Notes under the pieces: model-generated
What the model saw: the letters and a program-made list of their open reading frames with translations, nothing else
Databases searched by the model: none
Told to the model about the DNA's origin: nothing
NCBI RefSeq assembly: GCF_963921235.1
Contig: NC_086097.1
Coordinates: 51,958,001-52,022,000, forward strand
DNA from: Mobula hypostoma
Lineage: Eukaryota
Direction of reading: 5' to 3'
DNA: 64,000 nucleotides
Program-made: the position numbers and the translations under genes
Shown: positions 26,229 to 39,189 of the stretch, piece after piece
Layout: each line of letters begins with the position of its first letter
Position numbering within the stretch: the first letter of the stretch is position 1

Positions 26229-27235
26229 GTTGTGATTTAATATTTCATTAATATTTGAATAATAATGTAAATTAATAATAACACAATGATGGAAAGTGTA
26301 TGGTTATGCACTTTGGCAGAAGAAATAAATGGGCAGACTATTATTTAAATGGGGAGAGAATTCAAAGTTCTGAGATGCAACGGGACTTGGGAGTCCTCGT
26401 ACAGGATACCCTCAAGGTTAACCTCCAGGTTGAGTCGGTGGTGAAGAAGGCGATTGTAATGTTGGCATTCATTTCTAGAGGAATAGAGTATAGGAACAGG
26501 GATGTGATGTTGAGGTTCTATAAGGCACTGGCGAGACCTCACTTGGAGTACTGTGGGCAGTTTTGGTCTCCTTATTTAAGAAAGGATGTGCTGACGTTGG
26601 AGAGGGTACAGAGAAGATTCACTAGAATGATTCCGGGATTGAGAAGGTTAGCTTATGAGGAACGTTTGTCCACTCTTGGACTGTATTCCTTGGAGTTTAG
26701 AAGAATGAGGGGAGACCTCATAGAAACATTTCGAATGTTGAAAGGCATGGCAAAGTGGATGTGGCAAAGTTGTTTCCCATGATGGGGGAGTCTAGTATGA
26801 GAGGACATGACTTAAGGATTGAAGGGCGCCCATTCAGAACAGAAATGCGAAGAAATTTTTTTAGCCAGAGGTTGGTGAATCTATGGAACTTGTTGCCACG
26901 GGCGGCAGTGGAGGCCAAGTCACTGGGTGTATTTAAGGCAGAGATTGATAGGTATCTGAGTAGCCAGGGCATCAAAGGTTATGGTGAGAAGGTGGGGGAG
27001 TGGGACTGAATGGGAGAATGGATCAGCTCATGATAAAATGGCGGAGCAGACTCGATGGGCTAAGTGGCCGACTTCTGCTCCTTTGTCTTATAGTCTTATG
27101 GTATAAATATATTTTTGATTAAACATTCTTTGTTTATGTAAAAGTATGTGAATGACATATGTCATCATGCCATCATGTCATATGTGAATAAACTAAGCAT
27201 GCATGCACATCCCGGCTCCTGTGTTTATTATTCCT
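26229..27235 (+). repeat. Solo Gypsy LTR (26229-26272 plus 27104-27235) split by a CR1 insertion
   Basis: Both halves align colinearly with the LTR at 2191-2423 (taatatttga.taata.tgtaaat | taaatatatt..tgattaa.cattctt). Confidence 0.6.
26290..27102 (+). mobile_element. Young 5'-truncated CR1 LINE
   Basis: ORFs 26300-26782 and 26755-27009 (RPHLEYCGQFWSPYL...RMRGDLIETF...FFSQRLVNLWN); tail (TCTTATGG)-like. Confidence 0.9.
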
Positions 27236-27386
27236 TTTTTTTTCTTTTGTTCTTGCACAGCTTGTTGTCTTTTGCGCACGGACGTATACCCTATTGGTGT
27301 GGCCTTCCATTGACTCTATTATGGTTATTCAATTTATTGAGTATGCCCACAAGAAAATGAATCTCAAGGTTGCATGTGGTGACATA

Positions 27387-27943
27387 CAGTACTGTGCAAA
27401 AGTCCTACTCACATATATATAGCTAGGGTGCCTTAGACCTTTGCACAGTATTGGATTTGTCAATGTGAAGCAGACAGTGAGTTTGTAGATCTGGTGGAAG
27501 CAAATGATGTTAGGGATGGTAAGGGTGGAGCACTTCGGGAGGGATATGGGACAGGTGGCAGAGAAGGAGTGCCAAGGGTGGAGAGGGGGGTTGGTGTGGG
27601 TGGGGACACACCCAGCCCTGAGATATCAGGGAAGATAATTTGATTCCAAACCATTGGTTTATTGATCATTACAGAATGTCTCTGTTGTTACCCGCTTCCT
27701 CCCCTCTTCCTTCCCCCTTTCTCAACCATGATCTCCCTGTCCCTGACCCCTTCCCACTCTCAGTCCACAATAGAGACACATATCTGAATCAGGGCTATTG
27801 TCACTCACATATGTCATGATTTTTTTTGTAGCAGCAGTACAGTGCAATACATAAAATCATAAAATTACTATACAGTACTGTGCAAAAGTCTTAGGCATCC
27901 TAGCTCTGTATATATATGTGCCTAAGACTTTTGAATAATACTG
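27387..27943 (-). mobile_element. Composite Tc1/mariner-type non-autonomous DNA transposon, copy 3 (inverted), inserted into a Rex1 tail (27245-27980)
   Basis: gtgacaTA|CAGTACTGTGCAAAAGTCC...CCTAAGACTTTTGAATAATACTG|TAtatgtactttg. An uninterrupted tail elsewhere reads gtgacatatatgaactttg, so TA is duplicated. Confidence 0.85.
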
Positions 27944-28129
27944 TATATGTACTTTGATAATACATTTACTTTGAACTTCGAGACACCAGATCCTCTGCAA
28001 TTTCATATCATTTTGATAAAATGCTTCTTTATTTTTCCTCATGATACCCCATTATATCCCATTTGTCAGTTCTTTGCCCTTTCACCTACCTATCTGTACT
28101 TCCTGGCAACGTGTTGCATGATAGCTTGC

Positions 28130-30210
28130 TCCAGCAGGCACAAGGGATGCAAGACATGTTGGCGGGCTGGATCCAAAACTGGCTTGGAGATAGATGAAGA
28201 GTTTCTTTTTTCTGATTGCATGTCTGTAATGTGGGATACAACAAGGATTGGTACTGGGACATTTGTCGTAGATAATAGATATAAATTATTTAGACCATAA
28301 GACATAGGAGCAGAAATAGGCCATTCAACCCATTGAGTCTGCTCTGCCATACCATCATGGCTGATCCTGGATCCCATTCAACTCCATACACCTGTCTTTT
28401 CACCACATCCTTTGATGCCCTGACTGATTAGGAAACGATCAACACCAGCTTTAAATGTACCCACGAACATGACCTCTACTGCAGTCTGTGGCAGAGCATT
28501 CCCATGATTCTCTACTCTCTGGCTAAAAAAAATTCCTCCTTACCTCCATTCTAAAAGGTTTCCCCTCAGTTTTGAGGCTGTGCCCGATACCCTCACCATG
28601 GGAAACATCCTCTCCACATCCACCTTATCTAGCCCTTTCAGCATTCAGTAGGTTTCCATTAGATCCCTCCCACATTCCTTTAAATTCCAGTGAGTACAGG
28701 CCTAAAGCTGCCAAACACTCCTCATATGTTAACCCCTTCATTCCCGGAATCATTCTTGTGAACCTCCTCTGGACTCTGTCCAATAACAACACATCCTTTC
28801 AAAGAAATGGGGCCCAAAACTGTTGACAATACTCCAGATACTCCTGACTTATAAAGCCTCAGCATTATCTCCTTGCTTTTAGATTCTATTCCCCTTGAAA
28901 TAAATACCAATATTGCATTTGCCTTCTTTACCACAGACTCAACCTGTAAATTATCCTTCTGGGACTCTTGCACAAGGACTCCTAAATCCCTCTGCACTTT
29001 GATGTTTGAACCTGCTCCCCCATTTAGATAATAGTCTACACTATTGTTCCTTTAACCAAAATGCATTATTATATATTTCCCAACACTGTATTCCACCTGC
29101 CACTTTTTGCCCATTCTTCCAACTTGCTGTAATTGCATTGCTTCCTCAGCACTACCTACCCCTCCACCTGTCTTCGTATCATCCACAAACTTTGCCACAA
29201 ACCCACCAATTCCGCTGTCTAAATCATTGACAATGAATGTGAAAAATCCCAATATTGACCCCTGAGGAACACCACCAGCAGCCAAGCAGAAAAGGCCTCC
29301 TTTATTCCCACTCGCTGCCTCCTGCCTGTCAGCCATCCATCTATCCATCTATCCATGCCAGTATCTTTCCTGTAACTCCATAGGGGTTTATCTTGATGAG
29401 AAGGTTGGTGGTCTGAGTAGTTAAGTTATAGATGACACAAATGTTGGTGGAGTCTTAAGTAACAAAGTAGATTGTCTAAGGGTACAGTGGAATGTAGATC
29501 AGCTCACGAGGGGGTGGAGCAGTTGCAAATGGAATTTAATCCAGACAAATTGGAAAATTATATTTGGTAGGATATAGACAGTGAATGTTGGGAACCTTAG
29601 AAACATGAATGTACAGAGAGGCCTTAGGATGCAAGTCAATAACTCCTTAAAAATGTTGACACAGATTGAAAGATGTAGTAGGTGGTTTGCCACAGAGATC
29701 AGTGCTATAAAGATTGAAGTTTCTAGCATTGATTTTTGTGGCATTCCACTTGTTCCATCTTTCCAGCTGGAGAAAGATCCACTTACACCTGCTCACTGTA
29801 TCCTGCTAGCCAGCCAATCGTCCAAACCAGGCAGTAACTCTTCAAATGCCTTTGGAAAGTTTAAGAATAATATCCATGCCCCTTTATCTACAGAACATTT
29901 TTTTCTTCAGAGAGCTGAAGTAAATTGGTGAAGCATGACATCTTTTCAGAAAGCCATGGAAAGTTGTCTAATTTCCCTGAATTTTTCTAAATATCCTACA
30001 ATAACACCTTTATTAATCACTTGTAAAATTTGCCCTGTGACAAATGTTAAGCTAACTGCCCTGTACTTCTTGCTTCCTTTCTCCCTCATCTTCTGAATAA
30101 TGGCATTACATTTGCTGCTTTCCAGTCTAATGGAACATTTAACGAATTGAAGGAATTTTGGAAAACTAAAACCAATACTGTCTCACAGGCTACTTCTTTT
30201 AAGACCCTAG
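28130..30210. mobile_element. Cluster of CR1 fragments: minus-strand copy 28292-29395 nested in an older plus-strand copy, plus an old minus fragment 29710-30210
   Basis: GVPQGSILG...KFVDDTK; QRDLGVLVQES; PLDWKAANVMPLF. Confidence 0.75.
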
Positions 30211-30389
30211 GATTAGGACGAAGTCCATCAAGAGTCATGGAGCCACATACAGAAACAAGACCTTCACCGCAATTCACCAATGCCAACTATGTTGCCTGCC
30301 TGAGCTGCTCTCATTTTCCTATGTTCGCCTTTATCCCTCTGAACTATCCTACCTGGACTCAGGAGTAAGGGAGCCCTCAGGAAACCAGT

Positions 30390-31110
30390 GACTAGATTGA
30401 GATGCTTGGACTTTGTCCTCCAAGACAGAGATCACAGGGTTCCTTGGATGCTGTGAGGATTCGTGCGGGTGTAGTGTTGTTCTCCCTTTTAAAGCGTGCA
30501 GAAAGAGTGCTGAGCTTATCAGGGAGTGAAGCATCACTGTTATTTAAGCTATTACGTTTCACCCTATAGGAAATAATGGCATGCAAACCCTGCCACAGCT
30601 GTCGTGCATATGATTCTGTCTCTAGTTTCAATTGGAGTTGCATTTTTGTTCTCACAATGGCCTTCTATACATTGTTCCTGGACTTCTTGTATGATTCTGA
30701 ATTGCTTCTTGTACAGATCTAGCCCTCAGAAGACTATGAATCTTTCAGTTCATCCAGGGTTTCTGGTCTGGGAATACTGATAGTGACAGCCACAGCATAT
30801 TCATTCAGATCTAAAATGGATCTCTGGACAGGGTCCAATCCACGAAATCAAAACAGTCCTGCAAGCGCTGCCCCACCACCTTTGCAGTGTATTACGCTGG
30901 TGCTGCGGTCCTCAGTCTCCGCCTAAATGCTGGATTTCAAAGTACAACCGGTGATTGGACTTGCCAAAGTGCGGACATGGGATGCCACAATTAGCATGAT
31001 TTATTTCTGCGATATATAGATTTATATGTCTTTGAACTCTACTGCTGCATAAAACAACAAATTTCATGCCATTATGTCTGAAATAATAAATCTGTTTCTG
31101 ATTCTGATTT
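30390..31110 (-). mobile_element. Old Rex1 LINE fragment (EN to pre-RT region), with a plus-strand tail piece at ~31035-31110
   Basis: ARQLWQGLHAIISY...DASLPDKLSTLSARF. Confidence 0.65.
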
Positions 31111-33939
31111 TTTAGCGCACTTGGTAATCATCCCAGGTTTTTCTAAGAAGAGGCACTTAAAGTATTGTTTCTTGGCTGTAGTTCAGGTCATGATTAGGTG
31201 CCAAAGTGCAAATAGTTTTCCAGACAGTAATGGTACTTAACATCACATCTGTTAGCAAATTTCTCACAGGTCTGTACTACAGCTGCCTTGTTATGTCCCG
31301 TCAGAGGGATAATAAGATTCTCTTGATGTGCTAGGGAATGAGAGAATGGATTTTACTCAGAGGTAACATGTCAACCACGATCACACCTTGAGTGATAAAT
31401 CAAATTGGGACACTGGGACTGGACCAGTGAGGAAAGAAAAGGTATACATTTAAGGTGGAGAAGTCATGGGTGAATGAAAAGGGGGCTCAAAGTCCTTTTA
31501 TTGGAGTTGTATGGTAAAGACCACTTGGCAGTTGTTTGATTTCCTGGAAGCTAGAATTCATCTCCAGAGCTTGGTAACTGAACTCTGAACATTCTGTCCA
31601 AAATGTTGTATAATTGTAATAAGCAAGGATAACAGAATTATTTGAAACGTCTTGCTGCCAGTGCACAGGAATGTGACAGAGAAATGCAGCAGAGGAGTCA
31701 GATTCAGACTAACCCAACTGTTAAATAAGTAAGATGACCACAACAATCTTCACAGCAAAATATTGAATAACCACTGACTCAAGAAACCACAGACAAAAAA
31801 TGTGTACTTTAGCCAGATTACTAATCTATACTAACACAAGAAAATAGATCTCTTGATGAATAAACTTCAAAAAGAACCAAAGAACAAAGCAAGCCTATAA
31901 ACCGTGCTAATTACTCTCAAACATTTATGTTCGAGTAATGCAATTAGGTTGTGCTGAGACCTGTAAAATTGGATTTGCTAAAAGACTAGGAAGGAAAGTC
32001 AGAAAAAGCCTGTTTTTCTCCCTTGTTCCTTCATCTTTATCTCTTTCTCATGGCTACTTCTCTGCCGAAGAAACTGTCATTGATATTCCTCTCCGAGTAA
32101 ATTTTCCTCTCGGCTACTGCTTATATGCCTATTAAAAATAATGCACTAACCATCCAAATCCCAATTTAGTCTAACAATGTTTTCTATTTATGACTATTAC
32201 TGCATATCATTTAAAAAGGATCCCTCTTCAGTCAGAAGCCCGACATGCATTTTAAATGTTAATCCTCTAATTGTGATTGGAAACAATGATGAAAGGGATG
32301 AACTGTGGATTACAAATAGATGCACTGACATAGCCAAGTTAACAACAAAAATGTTACTATATCTGTGTGTCATATGGAAAGGATATACATACACGTGATG
32401 CAAAGGTATCATTGTACATGTAATGTAAGCATATATAGTTTGTTGTTAGTGTACACTGAAGCATGAGTACATGTTCTGAAGTTTGTATATGGAGAAGCTT
32501 GTCTTGGAAGTCTACTCTATTGTATTTTCAGGATTTCTACCTCCTTTTCTTTCCACAATCAAGATTTAATTCCTAGCTTTTAGACCCGACGAGCTTCAGC
32601 CAGCATATGGAATGGTAATAGCCTTTAGGTCAATCAGCATCAGTGGAGAAAGAAGCAGTTAACGGCTAGGAATTACTTAAAAGAGATTATGTGCACCCTT
32701 CATGGAGTTTAATAACTGCAATTGGCAGAATTCTTCATTGATGACTAAGGGTGTTATATCTCACTTGAGTTCTGCCAGTAAGGTTCCCTGAGATTAGTTC
32801 TCAGTCTAATTACATTATTAGACTTTCTATTAAGCTATTTAGTCTAATCTGTTTATCCTGATTATAAATTAGAATGTAGTTCACCATGTTTTTCTTTTTT
32901 CTAAATTCCTTTCCTTTAAAGCCTAGGCACTGCCAAATGTAACTGGTTGTGGGATCATCCAAGTCACATAATTTCCCATAAAGACTGCTTTATGATCTGG
33001 CATGAAAGTAAACCAAAGAGACTGAGTCAGAAAATGTTTGCTAGCTAAGTCGGAATAATTTGGCTCCACTAGCCATGAATAAATGAAACTCACCCAACTA
33101 TGTCTTACTCTGTTCCAGGACTCAATTTCTAAGCTGAGCAGTACTTTGTACCCTTTGACATATCATTCACATTCATATACGTATGGGAAGTTTATGTTGT
33201 GCATTTTTAATTTAAGATCCAAACCTTAATGGTCCATTGAGTAGGTAAAATTTCATTTGTATATTCAAAGTTCAAAAGTTCAAAGTAAATTTATTATCAA
33301 AGTATGTATATGTCACCATATACAACCCTGAGATTCATTTTCTTGCAGGCATTCACAGTAGAACAAGGAACTGCAATAGTACCAATGAAAAGCTACACAC
33401 AAAGATGGACAAAAGAACTAATCAAATTATTTCATATCAATATATGGCAAGCTGCTTGACAAGAGCACCAGCAAAGAACTGAAGCATGAATTGAGTTATT
33501 AATGTAGTTTTCAAATGGATGCATTTAAAGAACTGACTTGAACAGGAAGCTGAAAGAACAAGTCCGGTTCTAGGGCTGGTTGCATTTACAAAGAGAGGGA
33601 TGGAGAGATCTGAAGGTGTTTGAAAATGTTAGAATAAAGTAATCGTAGACCATGAATCCCTGTGTGTCGACAGGTATTTGGAGAGTTAGGATATAGGAAG
33701 CAAAGGATCAGATGAGTTAGTGTTTATGAGGTCAGGAGGCAATTAGATCAACAGGTTGCTGCAGCAAATGAGCTGAGTCAGGCGTGGTTATGTGTAACAC
33801 TGCAGAGTGGAAGCAGGAAGTCATGATCAGACTGGAAGTTCGCCACACTGTAAAAACGAACACTATGACTTACTAGTCTGATATAGCATGAAGGGCAAAA
33901 GTTTCTAACCAAATCAATTACTTCAATGATTTGTGAGTC

Positions 33940-36900
33940 TAATACTGGAATTCAGGCAATCAATTGTGAGTGTGTGAGAAATATACTACTTTGCAAGCAC
34001 TTATGGGGAGAAAAGAAATACAGTAAAATTTTACAAAGAAAAACTGTACATAAACAGACACCAACTAACAAACAACCATTAAGAACAAGAGGATAAGATG
34101 TGAAAGAATAGGACTTATCAAGTGTGACAATGGAAAAGTGTGCATGGAACCGGAGGAAATAGCGGAGGTACTTAATGAATACTTTACTTCAGTATTCACT
34201 ATGGAAAATGATCTTGGCAATTGTAGGGATGACTTGCAGCAGACTGAAATGCTTGAGCATGTAGATATTAAAAAAGAGGATGTGCTGGATCTTTTGGAAA
34301 GCATCAAGTTGGATAAGTCGCTGGGACTGGATTTGATGTACCCCAGACTACTGTGGGAGGTGAGGGAGGAGATTGCTGAGTCTCTGGCGATGATCTTTGC
34401 AACATCAATGGGGACGGGAGAGGTTCCGGAGGATTGGAGGGTTGCGGATGTTGTTCCTTTATTCAAGAAAGGGAGTAGAGATAGCCCAGGAAATTATAGA
34501 CCAGTGAGTCTTACTTCATTGGTTGGTAAGTTGATGGAGATAATCCTGAGGGGCAGGATTTATGGACATTTGGAGAGGTATAATATGATTAGGAATAGTC
34601 AGCACGACTTTGTCAAGGGCAGGTCGTGCCTTACAAGCCTGATTGAATTTTTTGAGGATGTGACTAAACACATTGATGAAGGAAGAGCAGTAGATGTAGT
34701 GTATATGGATTTTAACAAGGCATTTGATAAGGTAGGCTTATTGAGAAAGTCAGGATGCATGGGATCCAAGGGTACATTGCTTTGTGGATCCAGAATTGGC
34801 TTGCCCACAGAAGGCAAAGAGTGGTTGTAGACGGGTCATATTCTGCATGGAGGCTGGTGACCAGTCGTGTGCCTCAGGGATCTGTTCAGGGACCCTTGCT
34901 CATTGAGATTTTTATAAATGACCTGGATGAGGAAGTGGAGGGATGGTTTAGTAAGTTTGCTGATGACACAAAGGTTGGGGGTGTTGTAGATAGTGTGGAG
35001 GGCTGTCAGAGGTTGCAGCGGGACATTGATAGGATGCAAAACTGGGCTGAGAAGTGGCAGATGGAGTTCAACCCAGATAAGTGTGAGGTGGTTCATTTTG
35101 GTAGGTCAAATATGACGGCAGAATATAGTATTCATGGTAAGACTCTTGGCAGTGTGGAGGATCAGAGGGATCTTGGGGTCCGAGTCCACAGGATGCTCAA
35201 AGCAGCTGCACAGGTTGACTGTGTGGTTAAGAAGGCATATGGTGTATGGGCCTTCATCAATTGTGGAATTGAATTTAGGAGCCAAGAGGTAATGTTACAG
35301 CTATATAGGACCCTGGTCAGACCCCACTTGGAGTACTGTGCTCATTTCTGGTCATCTCACTACAGGAAGGATGTGGAAACCATAGAACGGGTGCAGAGGA
35401 GATTTACAAGGATGTTGCCTGGATTGGGGAGCATGCCTTATAAAGACAGGTTGAATGAACTCGGCCTTTTCTCCTTGGAGCAACGGAGGATGAGAGGTGA
35501 CCTGATAGAGGTGTATAAGACGATGAGAGGCATTGATTGTGTGGATAGTCAGAGGCTTTTTCTCAGGGCTGAAATGGCTTCCACAAGAGGGCACAGGTTT
35601 AAGGTGCTTGGGAGCAGATACAGAGGAGATGTCAGGGGTAAGTATTTTACGCAGAGAGTGGTGAGTGCGTGGAATGGGCTGCTGGCAATAGTGGTGGAGG
35701 TGGATACGATAGGCTCTTTTCAGAGAGTTCTGGATAGGTACATCGAGCTTAGAAAAATAGAGGGCTATGGGTAAGCCAAGTAATTTCTAAGGTAGGGACA
35801 TGTTCGGCACAACTTTGTGGGCCGAAGGGCTTATATTGTGCTGTAGGTTTTCTATGTTTCTATGTTTCAATGTGCAAAAGAAGACAAACCATGCAGATAA
35901 AATAATGCAGAGAACATTAGTTATGAAGAGTTCTTGAAAGAGAGTCTGTAGGTTGTGGAACCAGCTCAAAGTAGTGGTGAATTAAGTGATCCACACTGGT
36001 TCAGGAGCCTGATGGTTGTAGGGTAATAACTGTTCCTGAAGCTGGTGGTATCTGGTCTAAGGCTTCTGTACCTTCTGGCCGATGGTAGTAGTGAGAAGAG
36101 GGTACGGCCTGGATGGTGGAGACATTTGATGATGGATTCCGCTTTCTTGTGGCAGCACTCCATGCAGGGAGGACTTTGCCTGTATTGGACGCAGCTGCAT
36201 CCGCCACCTATAGTGTCATTTTCCAGACCTGGCATTGGTGTTTCCTTATCAGGCCATAATGCAAACAGTTAGGATACTCTCCTATACAGGTTGTGAAAGT
36301 TTTTGGAGACATGCTAAATCTATGCAAACTTCTAAGAAAGTGAAGGCCCTGTCGTAGTTTCTTTGATGACACTTTCGTGATGGTCCCAGACAGATATGTT
36401 TATGCCAGGGAATTTAAAGCTACTGAACCTCTCCACCTCCATTCCCAAAAAAGAGTGCTGGCTCATGGACCTCCAGTTTCTTCTTCCTGCAGTCAATAAT
36501 CAGCTCTTTTTTGACGTTAAGTGAGAGGTTGCTGTGGCACCGCTCCACCTAGTTTGCAATCTCCCTCCTATATACTGATTCATCACTACCTTTGATTTGT
36601 CCAATGGCAGTAGTGTGGTTCTCAAACTTAAATATGGATTGGAGCTGTATTTAGCCACACAACCATAACTATAAAGAGTGGTGGGCCAAGCACACAGCCC
36701 TGTGGTACACCTGTGGTGATGGTGAGTGCAGAGGAGATTTTGTTGCCAATCTATATTAATTTGCATCTTCCAGTGCAGAGCTCAATGATCCACTTGTACA
36801 GGAAGGTGCTGAGGCCTAGGAATTGGAGCTTAGTGAAGAGTTTTGAGGGGATACTAGTCATAGTCATACTTTATTGATCCCGGGGGAAATTGGTTTTCGT

Positions 36901-37960
36901 TACAGTTGCACTACTGTTGAATGCTGAGGTATAGTCAATGAAGAGTATCCTGATATGTGCATCTTCTTTGCCCGGGTGTTCCAGAGCTGACTGAAAGATT
37001 AATGAAATGACATCCATTGATTGTTGACCTGTTGGGACAAACTGGAGCAGATCCAGTTCATTCCTCATGCAAGAGATGATATGCTTCATGACCAATCTCT
37101 TGAAGCAGTTCATCACAGTAGACCTAAGTGCGACTGGATGGTAGTCACTGAGTCAGGATACCATGCTTCTCTTGGGCATCAGTGTGATTGATGTCTGGGT
37201 ACCTCAGAATGCCGAAGTGAAAGGCTGAAGGTGCTCGTAAACATGCCCAGCGGCTGATTAGCGCAGCTCTTCAGTAATTGACCAGGTACACCATCTGGGC
37301 CCAATGCCTTCCGTGAGTTTACTGTCCTGATGGTTGCTGTCGCATCAGCCAAAGAGACTGAGATCATCAGGGGCTGTGGTGGTTTGTGAAGGTGCCTCTG
37401 TTGTCAAAGCCAGCATAAAAGGCATTGAGCTCATCTGGGAGCGAATCCTTGTTGGCATTTATGTTGTTTGGCTTTGCTTTGTAGGACTTGAAGTCATTCA
37501 AGCCCTGCCACAGTTATCAAGCATCCCTCTGTAATTCAAGTTTAGCCCAGGATTGCCACTTTGCATGTGAGATGGTCTTCCAGAGGTCATTCCTGGACCT
37601 CTTGTACTTTCCTGGCTCGCTAGTCCTAAATACCGCTGAACTAGCCTTCAGCAAATTCTGAATCTCTTGTTCATCCTGGGCTTCAGTTTGGGGATGACTC
37701 TAAATGACTTTGTGGGAACAGACTCATCCACACTTGTCTTTTTAAAGTCCGTGATTCAGGACGTCTGATGGTCTGATGAACATGATCCAGTCCACTAACA
37801 CACAGCAGTTCCATAGCTGCTCCTCTGTCTCCTGTGACCACCCATTGTTGACCTTCATCTGCTGCCTTGCTCTTTAGCTTGGGCGTATACAGAGGACAGC
37901 CAAACGGGCAGATCTCCCGAAGTGCAGTCGAGGAGTGAAACGGTAGGCGTTCTTAATTTG
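33940..37960 (-). mobile_element. Degraded Rex1 LINE, interrupted by CR1 (34079-35868) and a ~55-bp LINE tail (36855-36910)
   Basis: RKALGPDGVPGQLLKSCANQ, CFKRLVMKHI...LFIDYTSAFN, HHPGRTLFSLLPSARRYRSL. The tail sequence rejoins across the CR1 (caaacaacca|atgtgcaaaag). Confidence 0.8.
34079..35868 (+). mobile_element. Young CR1 LINE, RT domain through 3' end, with one frameshifting deletion near 34732
   Basis: ORFs 34138-34830 and 34755-35774 (PGNYRPVSLTS, YMDFNKAFDKV, PQGSVQGP, KFADDTK); tail (TTTCTATG)n. Confidence 0.95.
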
Positions 37961-38589
37961 TCCAGACAGACAAGAAAACAACTGTGGTTACACCTCACAA
38001 TTAACTCATTAGTAGGAATGTATTGGGGAATATCTTGAGCATATAAAAATGCAAGAAAAATATTATTTTATTTTTGAAGTGCTAAACAATGTCTTGTAGT
38101 GGAAGGTTCTGTTTTAGAAATTGGCTAATCCTGACTAACACATTGAAGACAGGTAACCAGCATCTACCTATTCTCTACTGGTCCACAGTGGGGTAATAGT
38201 GACGATTTTCTTAACAATGGAAGACTCAGAAATGTTGGGAACATAGAAGATGTACATAATGTAACATCGGACAATTAACTTGATCTCTACTCTCACCTCT
38301 GCGAATCCTAAATGTTTATAAATAATGTCATTAAACCCGCATCATATATGAGTGTACTAGTGTCCAGCTGTGAACAAGGAAGGCAAGTAATTAGGTCATA
38401 TTTTCTAGGTATACTCTGTGTCGTATTTTATGTTATTTAGCAGATCAATGTCAAGCATAAGAGCAAAATTAATTTTTCAGAATTATACCGCTATTGCTTT
38501 TTTACCCATCAAATTAAGTTACATAATTATTAGCCAAAATAGGCAAATACTAAAATACATTGTACTGACACTCTTGAATACCCCTCAGA

Positions 38590-38960
38590 AAGGCGGTGCC
38601 CATTATTAGGGACCCCCATCACCCAGGACATGCCCTATTCTCACTGTTACCATCAGGAAAGAGATACAGAAGCCTGAAGGCACACACTCAGTGATTCAGG
38701 AACAGTTTCTTCCCCTCTGCCATCCGATTCCTAAATGGACATTGACCCATCAACACTGCCACACTTTTTTTTATATTATTTCTGTTTTGTACTATTTTTA
38801 ATCTAACTATTTAATATATGTATAGATACTTACTGGAATTGATTTACTTATTTTTTTTTTCTTTCTATGTTATCATGTACCGCATTGAACTGCTGCTGCT
38901 AAGTTAACACATTTCATACAAATGCTGGTGATAGTAAACCTGATCAGATTCTGATTCTGA
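38590..38960 (+). mobile_element. Rex1 LINE 3' end
   Basis: RDPHHPGHALFSLLPSGKRYRSL; tail aaacctgatcagattctgattctga. Confidence 0.8.
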
Positions 38961-39189
38961 CCTTACCTGAGCATGTTTGTGACAAATATTGGTGAAATTA
39001 TGATGTTTTAATGAGAGAATATTTACTGTTTGTTGGCTTCATGGAAGCTTCTTTGTGGGTTTATAGTACACACTTACCATTTGTGTATATTAGTATTAAC
39101 ATCTTTCATTTCAACTAAAACACACACCTTAATCAGGGCTCATCAGGCTTAGATAAGATCAAGCTTAGGTGAGGTAAAGTGTTTTGTAA

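Noticed and set aside
34138..35774. Active autonomous CR1
   Set aside because: It is 5'-truncated (no ORF1 or endonuclease) and frameshifted in RT.
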